Assembly: GCF_001194135.2 (NCBI RefSeq)
Contig: NC_068983.1
Span: 79,769,752 to 79,833,751, forward strand
Origin: Octopus bimaculoides
Taxonomy: Eukaryota
Direction: 5' to 3'
DNA length: 64,000 bases
In this document: piece after piece, positions 52,891 through 64,000 of the stretch
Layout: every line of letters starts with the position of its first letter
Position numbering within the stretch: the stretch's first letter is position 1
The notes under the pieces: model-generated
The model's input: the letters and a program-made list of their open reading frames with translations, nothing else
Told to the model about the DNA's origin: nothing
The model's database searches: none
Made by a program: the position numbers and the translations under genes

Positions 52891-53032
52891 TTACACATAA
52901 GCATGTATATATGTATATATANNNNNNNNNNNNNNNNNNNNNNNNNNNNNNNNNNNNNNNNNNNNNNNNNNNNNNNNNNNNNNNNNNNNNNNNNNNNNNN
53001 NNNNNNNNNNNNNNNNNNNNNNNNNNNNNNNN

Positions 53033-53065
<33 letters not shown>

Positions 53066-53911
53066 TTACTAAACTTATAGATAAAATGGCAGTTCTTATT
53101 CAAATATCGATTGATCAGTGTTTTTTTGGATTTGCATCATTTATTATTCCCAACTATCTACGATTCCTATTTATGTCCAGAGTGATGTCATCTACAAGGT
53201 GTGCACGTGCATGTGTGTATGTCTATGGTGTGTGTATGTGTACATGTATGTATATATGTGAGAGAAAAAGAGACAGGTCAGGAGAAAATGGGAAAGGAGA
53301 ATATAAAAAAAAATAATAACAACGGAACCTAACCTCCTCTTTTTATTATTGGATCTTTCAAGCTGAGTGATTCCTTTTAGGTACCAGTTTATAGGTAAAA
53401 CATCCTGGGTACTTTTGGTCTAGCTAGCTTTAATTCTCTTCCAACCATCATTGATTTTATTTGAATTATGAGAATTAGTATGTCAGCAGAATTTTTTTTT
53501 GCAAAACAGTCGTTATGTGTGTTTTTACCTTTATTTTCTTTTACTTATTTTTTTTTTCTCTCTCTCTCTCTCTGATTTGTAGTTTGATACATTTATTTTT
53601 TTTTTATTTTTTAGAAAATTAATAATTTTTTTTTTCTTTATTGACTTATTTATTGCTTTTTCTCAAACATACAGTTATATTTTTCATTTTCATTTTCATT
53701 TTAATCCTTTTATATAATTCCTTGCCGTATATTTCTTCTAAATATTTAATTTTTGCTTTTAATGTATTTACTAGTTTTATTCATTTATCTATTACTTTAT
53801 CATTACTGCTGCTGCTACTACTACAAGCAATTTGAGTGTACTATCTCTTAAATCAAAATGTATTAGGTGCACTTTTCTTCTTCTTCTTCTTCTTATTATT
53901 ATTATTATTAT

Positions 53912-54216
53912 TGGCAAAATGCTTAGCGGCATTTTGTCTGTCCTTACATTCTCAGTTCAAATACCTCTGAGGTTGACTTTGCCTTTCATTCTTTTGGGGT
54001 TGGTAAAATAAGTACTAGGGTTGATGTAATCAACTATCCTCTCCTCCAGATTTCAGGCTCTGTGCCTATAGTAGAAAGGATTATTATTATCATCATCATC
54101 ATCATCATCATCATCATTATTATTATTATTATTATTATTATGGTGGCGAGCTGGTAGAATCGTTACCATGCTAGGCAGAATGTTTAGCAACATATCATCC
54201 ATCTTTATGTTCTAGG

Positions 54217-54250
<34 letters not shown>

Positions 54251-54386
54251 TAAATTCTGCAGAGGTCGACTTTGCCTTTCATTCTTTTGGATATCAATAA
54301 AATAAGTACTGGTTGAGTTCTGGGGTCAATGTAATCAACTTATTCCTCCTCCGGAATTGCTGGCCTTGTACCAAAATTTGAAGCCA

Positions 54387-54388
<2 letters not shown>
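53912..54388 (+). mobile_element. Two tandem AAGGCGGCGAGCTGGC-family SINEs, the second split by (ATT)n
   Basis: 53912-54085 lacks its head. 54141-54388 has an ATT tract at about 54219-54250 where the B-box should be. Confidence 0.75.
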
Positions 54389-54445
<57 letters not shown>

Positions 54446-55526
54446 TACTTTTAATCTGCATGTTTGTTGCAATCACTTGCCGAGACACATTCAACGTCCT
54501 TGGGCAAATGAAGGATAAGAGATGTTACAGTATGACTGAAAGCTTGGGAGGAGGAAGTAGAAGGAACAGTTGCAAAATATCTTCATGTAATACAACACAT
54601 ATATTTAAATTGATAGGGTTCTTCTAAGGATGTGGACAGTACTTGTCAATATAATCTTTTGGATTTCTCTGAAACATGGTTCTCCTGGGATATTATCTAG
54701 ATGCTTCTGACATCTTTTTCTTACCATACCTAGGGCACCTACAATAACAGGAACAATTCTCACTTTAAGATGCCACATCTTTTGTATTTCAATTTCCAGG
54801 TCCTTATATTTACTTAATTTGTCAAATTCTTTTACAGATATATTTTTATCAGTGGGAACACTTACTTCTATTAGACTACAAGTATTCTCTTCTCCGTCTT
54901 TAATGACTATGTCTGGTCGATTATCCTGGATCGTTTTGTCGGTGTTAACTGGAAAATCCCAGAGGATAGTAACATTTTTACCTTCAATGACTGGCTCAGG
55001 ATGATGTTCATACTAGTAAGCAGGAGTGTTGATTTTGTAGTGTTTACATATTTTCCAATGTAAATACTGTCCTACCTTATTGTAGCAATTTTTGTATTCA
55101 TTTGGTGTCAGCACAAGACATCCCAAGACAAGATAGTTTATTGTTTCATCAAATTTATTGCAGAATCTGCATTTAGGGTCAGAACCATTTTGAAGAACAT
55201 TAGCATGGTAGTTTTTGGTAAGCAAGCTTTGATCTTGTGCTGCCAATATGAAACCTTCAGTCGCTACTCTCAGTCCTGAACTTATCATCCACCGATGGGT
55301 TGTTACTTGGTCTACATCAGCATTTTGGCTTTAAAATATATATACAGTCCATGCAGAGACTTCTGGTTTCACCACTCCTCAATTTGTTTTTGCCCATTCT
55401 TTTTTGTAGTCTGTTTGTTCCATTTTGCTATTTTAATGCCAAGTTCCCTTGTGAATTTGCAAGCTTCCTTGACAGTAGAATGTGATTTTTTGCTGATTTC
55501 ATGTTTGCACACAAACTGCAGCATCC
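54446..55526 (-). mobile_element. R4/Dong-clade LINE 3' fragment, copy 3
   Basis: KSLHG...ADVDQVTTHRWMISSGLRVATEGFILAAQDQSL.TKNY...DPKCRFC....ETI..LV.GC..L...EY......V..YLHW.ICK.Y...ILWDFPV.TDK.I..NRPDIVIKD...SVP.D.NIS.KEF.KLSKYKDLEIEI..MW.LK...VPVIVGALG. Confidence 0.9.
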
Positions 55527-55551
55527 ATTATTACCATTATTATTATTATTA

Positions 55552-55597
<46 letters not shown>

Positions 55598-56268
55598 CAT
55601 TTTCATATTTTATAACTGTTATAACTATTGTTGTCATTAAATGTTAATCTGAAGCCCATCTGCATCCCCCACCCCCACCCATCTCTTCACTCAACTTAAG
55701 AAAATATCAGATTTAATTTTCTGGACTATTTGTCACTTCTGAAATAGTTTTCATCATCATTGTCATCATCACCATCACCACTACCACCACCACCACCATT
55801 ATCATCATCATCATTATGTCATCTTTGCTAAGATCCCTTTAATTGTTCAGTGACTCGATAATTAGATGATGGCTACAAATACAGTTGTTATTTATCTATG
55901 TTGACATGGTAGCACATGACGAGCTGTGTAGTGAGGGTGGTGGTGGTGTCGGTGGTGGGGAGGGGAAGAAATTCTCAGCCTTTCTCAGACATCTATTCCA
56001 GTATGTCTCCATTGCTGAGATCTCTGAAATTAAAGGTGTGTGTGTGATTGATTGCATGCATACACTGTATTTGTGTATGAGTTTTAGAAATTAAGTTGTG
56101 AGATCTTTGAGCATGCTTGTATGTGTGTAATTGTTTATGTATGAGCACAGATAAATTTGTGCATGAGTTGTAGGAACAAATGTGTGTGTAAACATGAGAA
56201 CTAATTATGTTTACTTGTGTTTGTGTGTGTATATAGACGTCTGTATGTGACAATAGATATGTATGTCA

Positions 56269-56317
<49 letters not shown>

Positions 56318-57374
56318 TATATCTAACACACAGTGAGTTTTAAAAAACTGAATAAAATATACACAGCTTTAAAAAAGATGTTCAGTTATCTCAAACAGAT
56401 GCTTAAAGGAACATCTTCCAATTCATGTTAAGATGCAAAATACCTCTACCAAAAGCCAAAACAAAAAACAAATGCCCTAAAAATTCATGCATATGTGATT
56501 TTAAAAAATGCTTATCTTTGTATTGTGTGTATGTATGTATGAATATGTCTATATCACTCTACATAATTTTGTGTGTAATGTATATGTTTGTGTTATACAT
56601 GTTATTTAATCCTAGACTAACCATGATGGAACCAAAGATAATCCAGGAATGACCATCACTTATTTTTTTTAGGCATAGTGTACCTAAGACTAAATTATGT
56701 AGTGTCTCATTTGTTTGGGTGTAGTTACAGAAAGATTTGGCCACTATTTTTAGTAAGTCAAGTGACCTTGTAGTGGCTTCTTCTCTGGCTCTGTTATATG
56801 TTTTGTTGTTTAGCCCTGAAGCTAATTTTGATGAAACAAACCAGTGTTATATTTTGCTTGTTTGTTCTCTTGACAATGTGTGTTTAGAACTACATTATAC
56901 AATCTGTTCTCTATTTTCTAGATAGTGGAATGTGATTTGAAAGAAAGACTTAGCTTCTATTTCTAGCCCAATGAGTGATCATAAAAGCTTCAGTGATATA
57001 ATTGTTGTGTGTATGAGAGTGCTTGCCTATAAGTGTTTGTATTAGATGCATGTTTTTGAAATTGAAATTGCAGGGCATTAAGAAACCCAAAGCATCTTCA
57101 TACCTTTGAGCAATAACTGCTTAATCCTTTTTGCTACCATATTTCTATTGAAATAAACTGCTTTTGTTTCAATTAATTTTGAAAATAATGAAAAATTTAG
57201 TAAAATAACTTTGTCGTTATTAAATTTGTGTTTGGAACTTAAATTAACATGAAATTTTGATGGAAGATTTTACTTTGATGGAAGATTTCACTTTGAAACG
57301 TAAAGTTGGTATTATGCAACCAATGGCAGTCGCTGGCACTTTGGTATCAAAGTTATCCAAAAAAGGATGATGTT

Positions 57375-57700
57375 CACACTTGGTTAGGCACTCCATCAGT
57401 TATGACAACAAATGTTCCAGTTGATTCGATCAACAGAACAACCTGCTTATGAAATTAATATGCATGTGGCTGAGCACTCCACAGACATACATATACTTAA
57501 TGTAGTTCTCAGGGAGATTCAGTATGACACACAAAATGTGACAAGGGTGGCCCATTGAATTACAGGTATTACTCATTTTTGCCAGCCGAGTGGACTGCAC
57601 CACTGTGAAATAAAGTGCCTTACTCAAGGACATAATGTGCCTTTAGGAATTGAACTCACTACCTTACAATTGTGAGCTGAATACACATGCCACAAGCCTT
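57375..57700 (-). mobile_element. tRNA-derived SINE (third family, possibly Meta-domain-like core)
   Basis: Minus strand has B-box-like GAGTTCAATTCC and a core TGTCCTTGAGTAAGGCACTTTATTTCAC...CAGTCCACTCGGCTGGCAAAAATGAGT. The tail is shared with 26690-27003. Related pieces lie at 42700-42840 and 59215-59380. Confidence 0.7.
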
Positions 57701-60700
57701 AGTTACTATGTATACAAAATGGAAAATACAGTAACTTGGTGCTGAGTAAACATTATTCACTGATTGTTTGCTGTTGTTTAGATCTGGGTCAGAAATGTTT
57801 AAACAGGTCTATAAGAGACATTCCAATATACTATTTTATCCAGACATAGTGTATCTAGTACTAAAACATCCAATGTATCCTTTCTTTTTTTAAAATGACA
57901 GGGTATGATTTGAGAGAGATTTGACTAATATCTAGGGAGCCAAACAATAGAGAACATTCGAGGGGGTGGGGGCTTAATATATGTTTGAGTATGAAGAATT
58001 TTTCAGATAAATAGAGTCTAAAGTAATATGATCAGTTGCAATAGGAAGTAGTTGTGTCAACAATACAATAAAACAATCGTCTCCTTGGTTATGAGCCAAT
58101 AAATGAATACAAACAGGAAAGTGAAATTTTCGCTGTTCCTAAGTCTTGACATTGTGAAGCATGGCTGTTTCTTTTAATATCTCTCAAAGTTACAGATGGT
58201 GAACCCCATGTAGTTCCTCTGGTTGCCATCAAGCAGTGAATCTGATACTTGGTCTACCATTCCTTTGGAGAGACAAGATCTTCAAGATGACTTTGCTGTA
58301 TCTTTGAATTATATGTACAATTCATCCAATGAGCTTCCACACAATTTCTTTTTTCTCAGTTTCACTCACAAGCTATGGGTCACCCTAAGGCTCTAAAAAA
58401 ATGATGTTTGCTCAACATGCCATGCACTGGGATCAAACTCAGGATCCTGTAGTTACAAAGTGAACTTCCTAATCATTTAATCTTGCTGTACCTACACACA
58501 TATATAAACAGGCAAGATATATGCATATATACACATACATATACAAACAAGCATGCAAAATATATACATATGAACACATAAATATTTTATATATATACAT
58601 AAACTGGAAGCCAACAAAGGAACCACTACATAATCAATAAATGTACTAGAAATAGTAACCAAATCTCTTCTACTCTAAAACATGAAGAACATTGGATAAT
58701 GTAGTCTGAGATAAACTATACATGAATAGATGAGATGGTCATGGCTAGTATACCTTTAATCATTGGTTTGCTTGGCTGAGGTTGAACTGGGGCTAAACAA
58801 CAACACCACACATTTTGCTTTGCTTTCTAAGCCATGTTTTAAAGATTTTTCTTCCAATTATTTCTGCTCTGGAATTTCATTGTTATTGTTCAGTGTCTGT
58901 GCAATCTTTGCCTCTTTCTATTAGCCTTCTAAATAAACATCAATGACACTAACCTAAAAAAGGAAAAAGAGAAAAATCATGAGAACTGTTATTTTTCAGC
59001 CAAACAATTTCTTTAAAGGCTGTAATTGAAAGAAAACTGAAGCAATATAATCAATAAAGTTTCTTAGTAATGTTTGGTATATTGTACGGTTCACTAATAT
59101 CTGAAACCAGTTGTTTTGGGTTCTTTACATCTAAGTTGCATACAGCATAAGTGTTGAGCTGCGTTTTGGTTCTGTAAAAGATAACATTTTTTAGCAGCTT
59201 TATGTGTATACATATAGTAAGGGCAAGTGACCTTGTGGTTAAAGCACTGGGTTCATGATCACATAGTCATGAGTTCAATTCCTGGAACAGCCAGTATATT
59301 GTGTCCTTGTGCATGGTACATAATTTCACATTGCTCCAGTCTACTCAGCTAAAATGAGTATCAGCTGAGTACTGACGAAGCCCTTTTTCTTTCCTTCAGT
59401 TTTCACATTCTTGATATTTAACTGGGTCAAATATTGCAGAGCCAAGTGTCTGTACATGTCTGATTGCAACTACATAGCTACCTAAAACAATTAGTTAAAG
59501 CAAGGTATGTGTTACTGCTATGTTTTTATGTATAGATAGATAGAAAAATTTAAAAAAAAACATTGTCTCATTGAAAATATAGTTAATCTACTGCATTTCT
59601 CTATAATACACTTTTTTACCACATTTTTAATCAAAATATTAAGGTGCTCATTATGCAAAGGATCTAAGTGTTACATATCTTCTCCAAGTCAAGTGCATTG
59701 TCATATTTAATAACAAAAGTAAATTAGATTAGATCGTCTGAGATAACTGGTATGGAGCAAATATGATAATGGTACATTTTTCTATTATAGTGATAATGTG
59801 TTAGATATTCAGCACAACTGGCAGATACATGTTTCATGGCATTATTGTTGTCAACCTTTCATTATAGATGATTTGAATGTAACTCTTTGATTTTCAAAAA
59901 TACAACTTGAATTATTTAATAAGATGAAATTAATAAATAAGGATACTACATAGATACTACCATTATTAAAATGTATATATAGACTTTAAAAAAATAAATA
60001 ACTATTCGTAAAATACTGTAATTGTTATAATGAACTGTCACACTATATGCTTCAATTGAGAATGAAAGAATAAGATATTGAAAGTATTTAAACAGAAGTG
60101 TTTGCATTCTGCATTTTGAATTTTACATCTTTCCATACTAGTTCACTTTCATAGGTTGACTTAACAACAAATACAATTTTAGAGCATACACTAGTAAAGT
60201 TAAAAGTCACTTTCGAATTTGCATATTGTTTTGAAAATATATGAAATTTACTAATGAAGTTTACACAGTGATTATAATAAAACTGACTAAACACTTCATT
60301 TTCTATGCACTATAACATTAAATACAAACAGTGTATTATACATGAGATACATTTTTTTCTAGCTTTTCACAGCTTATTACTAGTGATGTGTTTTATACAT
60401 GAGTGTACTTTATAGAAATGAATATGATATATTAATATTGTATGTTAGAGAAAGTTAGTAATGTAGAAATTCCTTCTGACAAAAGAAAATATATTTTCAT
60501 CTACTTTCCATGATGGCATAGATTGGATGAGTCATCAAGATCTGAATCAGTTTTTATTCAGAGTTACTGACTTTTTAGATTGGTTGAAGAATCACATCTT
60601 GCTCAAGATATTCTAGTTTTGGTATCATTTCTTAGGCTGAATGCACCTTCAAACACCAACCATTTTACAAAGTGTACTGTATTTATTTTGTCATTGCACT

Positions 60701-62649
60701 AACACTTGAAATTCAGTCATGTTTTCACTATAGGAGCCTCTCAACCCTATATTGCATCTGTTCATTTACTAATCACTTTATATTGTATTGTGGGTGAATT
60801 GTACTTATGAGATTTTCCTTGTGATCTGCTAGACTAAACCGTTGACACTCTTCTGTGGTGAATAGAAGAGTGAGTGGAGGAATAAGAGGGGAGCAATATT
60901 ATGATGAAACAGAGCAAGATAGTGATGGGGGGAGTAATGTTAAAGATATAAAGCTGGAGGGAGAGTATGTGGTGGTGGGGGGGGGGGAACAGAATACTGT
61001 TACAATGGCTCTGAGAGAGATTGAGTGGAGGAAGAATAAAAGGGAAAGTGACAGAGAGAATAGTGATAGAGAGATGAGAGGTTATCAATGTGCAGATGGT
61101 GGCTTAACAGGGCATATTGGACCACAGGCCTAAATGTCGCAGGTTAGGAGGCAGTGGATGGAGGCTTAGGAGAGATATATTGAATATCCCAGCTTCCATT
61201 GCTACAATCATTTTAATATTCACTATGCCATGCTTGAACAGGTGGGCGTATAATTTTGATTAATCTAAGGAAGCAAAATCTCCAATACAAATTGCTTGAG
61301 ATAAGCTAAGAAGTTAACTGAATGTGGTTGCTACAACAGATTAATAAGATTTGAAGAAAATCCATGCATTTTAAAATTCTATGCACGTATTTTAAAAACG
61401 TAGTTTCATTCTTAATTTCTTGTCTGTTGTTCCATTTTAAGTTCAGTGAAGCATTAATTTAATTTATTTTAAATAAAATTTGAAACAAAAGTAAATATTT
61501 GCATAAAAGATATCTTTAAAACTCATTTCTAAACATTTCTTATATCTTTTAATAAGAAGAGAACAACCAGTAGCATTTGTATATTACAAAAGAATTATAC
61601 TTTCCACTGAAAACTTATATAATTTCAAAATTACAGACTTATCTTCTAACATTTTGCTAAAAACGACTTGAATAAGCTCTAGAGAAACTAGGACAGAGCT
61701 GTTCTTTGATGTCTTGTTATTGTTGTTGTTGCTGCTGCTGGTGTCTTATGTTTATGATCTTCAGTTGATTTAGTTACAAATACCAATAATATTTCTTAGA
61801 AACAATTTGTAATATATTACTTTTTAACATGACTTCTTAAAGCAGATGGAAGTAAAAGTTATATCATTTTAATAAATAGATTCTTCATATGTTCTGATTA
61901 TGTTTTCCAGCAATATATAAGAAATTCTTGTTATTTTACTTATGTATTTAGTTTGTAATTCTGAAGGCACATAATTAGTTGTCTTATCTAAAATATATGT
62001 AATATTTACTGTTATCCTTACCCTGTTCAAGTAACCTATGTAAATACTAATACCTAATTTATGTTTTTTTCTTATGTGAAACACAAAAATGTTGATTATA
62101 TTTTTGCTTGATTGGCAGGAAGAATTTTCAGTACATTGTTTTTGTTTATCCCTAGACACACTTATCCATAGTCATTACATCCATGACTATCCTATCTATT
62201 TTTTCATAGAAAATTTATACCCCAGATTTCATTACTCGATTGGTACATATTAAAGATGGCAGGGTGTGATATATGCGAGATTTTCCTACAATTCCTAGCA
62301 GAGCAACCACTTAAAAAGTTTGTTGGCTTATAGCAATCAGTCATCACCATTATCATTTTAACATTTAATTTTCCATGCTTCCATTGGTCACAGAAGAGTA
62401 TATTGGATCAGAATTTCTACAGCCAGATGTCCAGATGCCCTCCTATCACTAACCTCCTCCTGCTCTCAAATAGGGGTAATAATCTCCCAGTCTATTGAAT
62501 AAAAAAAAACAACCCAGACATTCTTTCTTAATGGATCTCATTCAAACCCATTGTTTACAAATCAGAGAAGGCAGGGGGAATATGAACTCCCACATACATA
62601 TATAAATATAAGTACACATGTACATACATATGTATGTATATGCACATAT

Positions 62650-63020
62650 CATCATCATCGTTTAATGACTGTCTTCCATTCTGGCTTGCATTGGGTGGTT
62701 TGGTAGGTGCTGACCATCAAGGGAGCTATCTAAACTCAAAATGGTCTGTTGTGGCATGTTTCTACAGTTGGATGCCCTTCCTAGTGTCAACCACTTTATA
62801 GCATGTGCTAGGTGCCTTTTACATGCCACTGGCTTGGGTGCATTTATGCAGTACTTGCACAAGTGCATTTTATGTGGCATTGGCATCTGTAAAGGACAAG
62901 CTTTCATGTATGGATGACAGTGATTTCACTTAGTTTGACACGTCTTCTCAAGTACACCAAATTGCCACAGCTCCCAGTTCCTTGTCATTTTCTCAGTGAG
63001 GCCCAGTGTCTGAAGATCCT
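62650..63020 (-). mobile_element. Non-autonomous RTE-related element (decayed)
   Basis: Reverse complement of the 35432 family, starting from (CAT)n. Confidence 0.7.
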
Positions 63021-63198
63021 ATACATACATATGTTCAATAACCTTCTTTCACTTTCTGTCTACTAAATCCACTCATAAGGCTTTAGTTGGCCCAAGGCTA
63101 TAAGAAAAGACACTTGTTCAAAGTACCACACAGTGGGTCACCCTAAAACCATATGGTTGGGAAGTAAACACTTAACCACTCAGCTATGCCTGCACCTA

Positions 63199-63505
63199 AT
63201 CATCATCATCATTGTTTAACGTCCAATTTCCATGCTGGCATGATTTGGATGGTTTGACTGAGGACTGGCAAGCCAGGAGCTGTACCAGGCTCCAATCTGG
63301 CATCAACCATGCTTGAATGGTGCTTTTTATGTGCCACCTGCATGGGAGCCAATCTGTTGGGACTGGCATCAACCATGCTCAGATGGTGCTTTTTACATGC
63401 CACCAGTACGGCTACCAGTCAGGCAGTACTGGCATCGGCCATGACAATGATTTCACTTGACTCAACAGGTCTTCTCAAGCACAGCGTATTATCCAATCAT
63501 TGAAG
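63199..63505 (-). mobile_element. Non-autonomous RTE-related element
   Basis: (CAT)n-GTTTAACGTCC..TTTCCATGCTGGCATG...GACTGAGGACTGG, with GGTGCTTTTTA.GTGCCACC subrepeats. Confidence 0.8.
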
Positions 63506-63626
63506 AGTGATAACTGTGAGAGAAATGATTAACAAAGAATATCCAGTTCTGTGTTGCATTAATAATTGCAGGAAAGAGTTTTGGTATGGTTCTGTGTAGT
63601 ACAGCCAGATAGGCAATAAGAAATAA

Positions 63627-63940
63627 TCTATATATATAAAAATGAGAATGTGTGTCTGTCTGTCTGTCTGTGTGTGTGAATCCCTAAAACTCGAGAACTA
63701 CGCAACCAATTTCATTCAAATTTTACACATGCCTTACTTAGGGTTCCAGTTGTGTTTTAGTCAAAAAAATTTTTTAACTTCTTGCAGAGTTCGAGCACAC
63801 GGCAACATAATATCTCCTCCACTATTTAATTATTACGTGTCAAAAGTGAAAACACTCATGTCAAATACTTTCACTTTAAAAATGAAACTATTCCACTAAC
63901 TGAAACAATCACATTTCGATACTGTAATGACAGATACTTT
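63627..63940 (+). mobile_element. Non-autonomous Helitron 5' end
   Basis: A|TCTATATATATAAAA followed by a (GTCT)n tract is the usual start of animal non-autonomous Helitrons. No 3' hairpin or CTRR is visible before the window ends. Confidence 0.65.
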
Positions 63941-64000
63941 CAGAGAGAGAGAGAAAGAGAGAGAGAGAGATGTATACGTATACATATAGATGTATACGTA

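Overview
This is AT-rich, repeat-dense eukaryotic DNA with six N-gaps and many (TA)n/(CA)n/(ATT)n/(GATA)n microsatellites. The SINE families look like those of an octopus, most likely an Octopus scaffold; this is inferred from recognised repeats, not from a database search. I found no host protein-coding gene, tRNA or rRNA gene that I can support, so the window reads as intronic or intergenic. Every credible ORF is a decayed retroelement or transposon: a Penelope-like element (RT plus GIY-YIG), RTE LINEs, CR1 LINEs, R4/Dong LINEs with a restriction-like endonuclease, and a Tc1 remnant. The rest is tRNA-derived SINEs, MITEs (piggyBac-like, Tigger-like, foldback) and a Helitron 5' end. The most notable structures are: (1) an inverted pair of decayed hammerhead-ribozyme repeats whose two arms together rebuild a canonical hammerhead (52.0-52.2 kb); (2) a 572-bp foldback element with an 8-bp TSD carrying inverted TTAGGG telomeric repeats (32.5-33.1 kb); (3) a Penelope element with twin-priming-like inversion geometry (2.9-4.3 kb); (4) Dong-like LINEs sitting in TAA tracts supplied by SINE tails and by each other's tails; (5) a 481-bp local duplication inserted into a SINE. 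I see no evidence for a wholly new multi-gene system.
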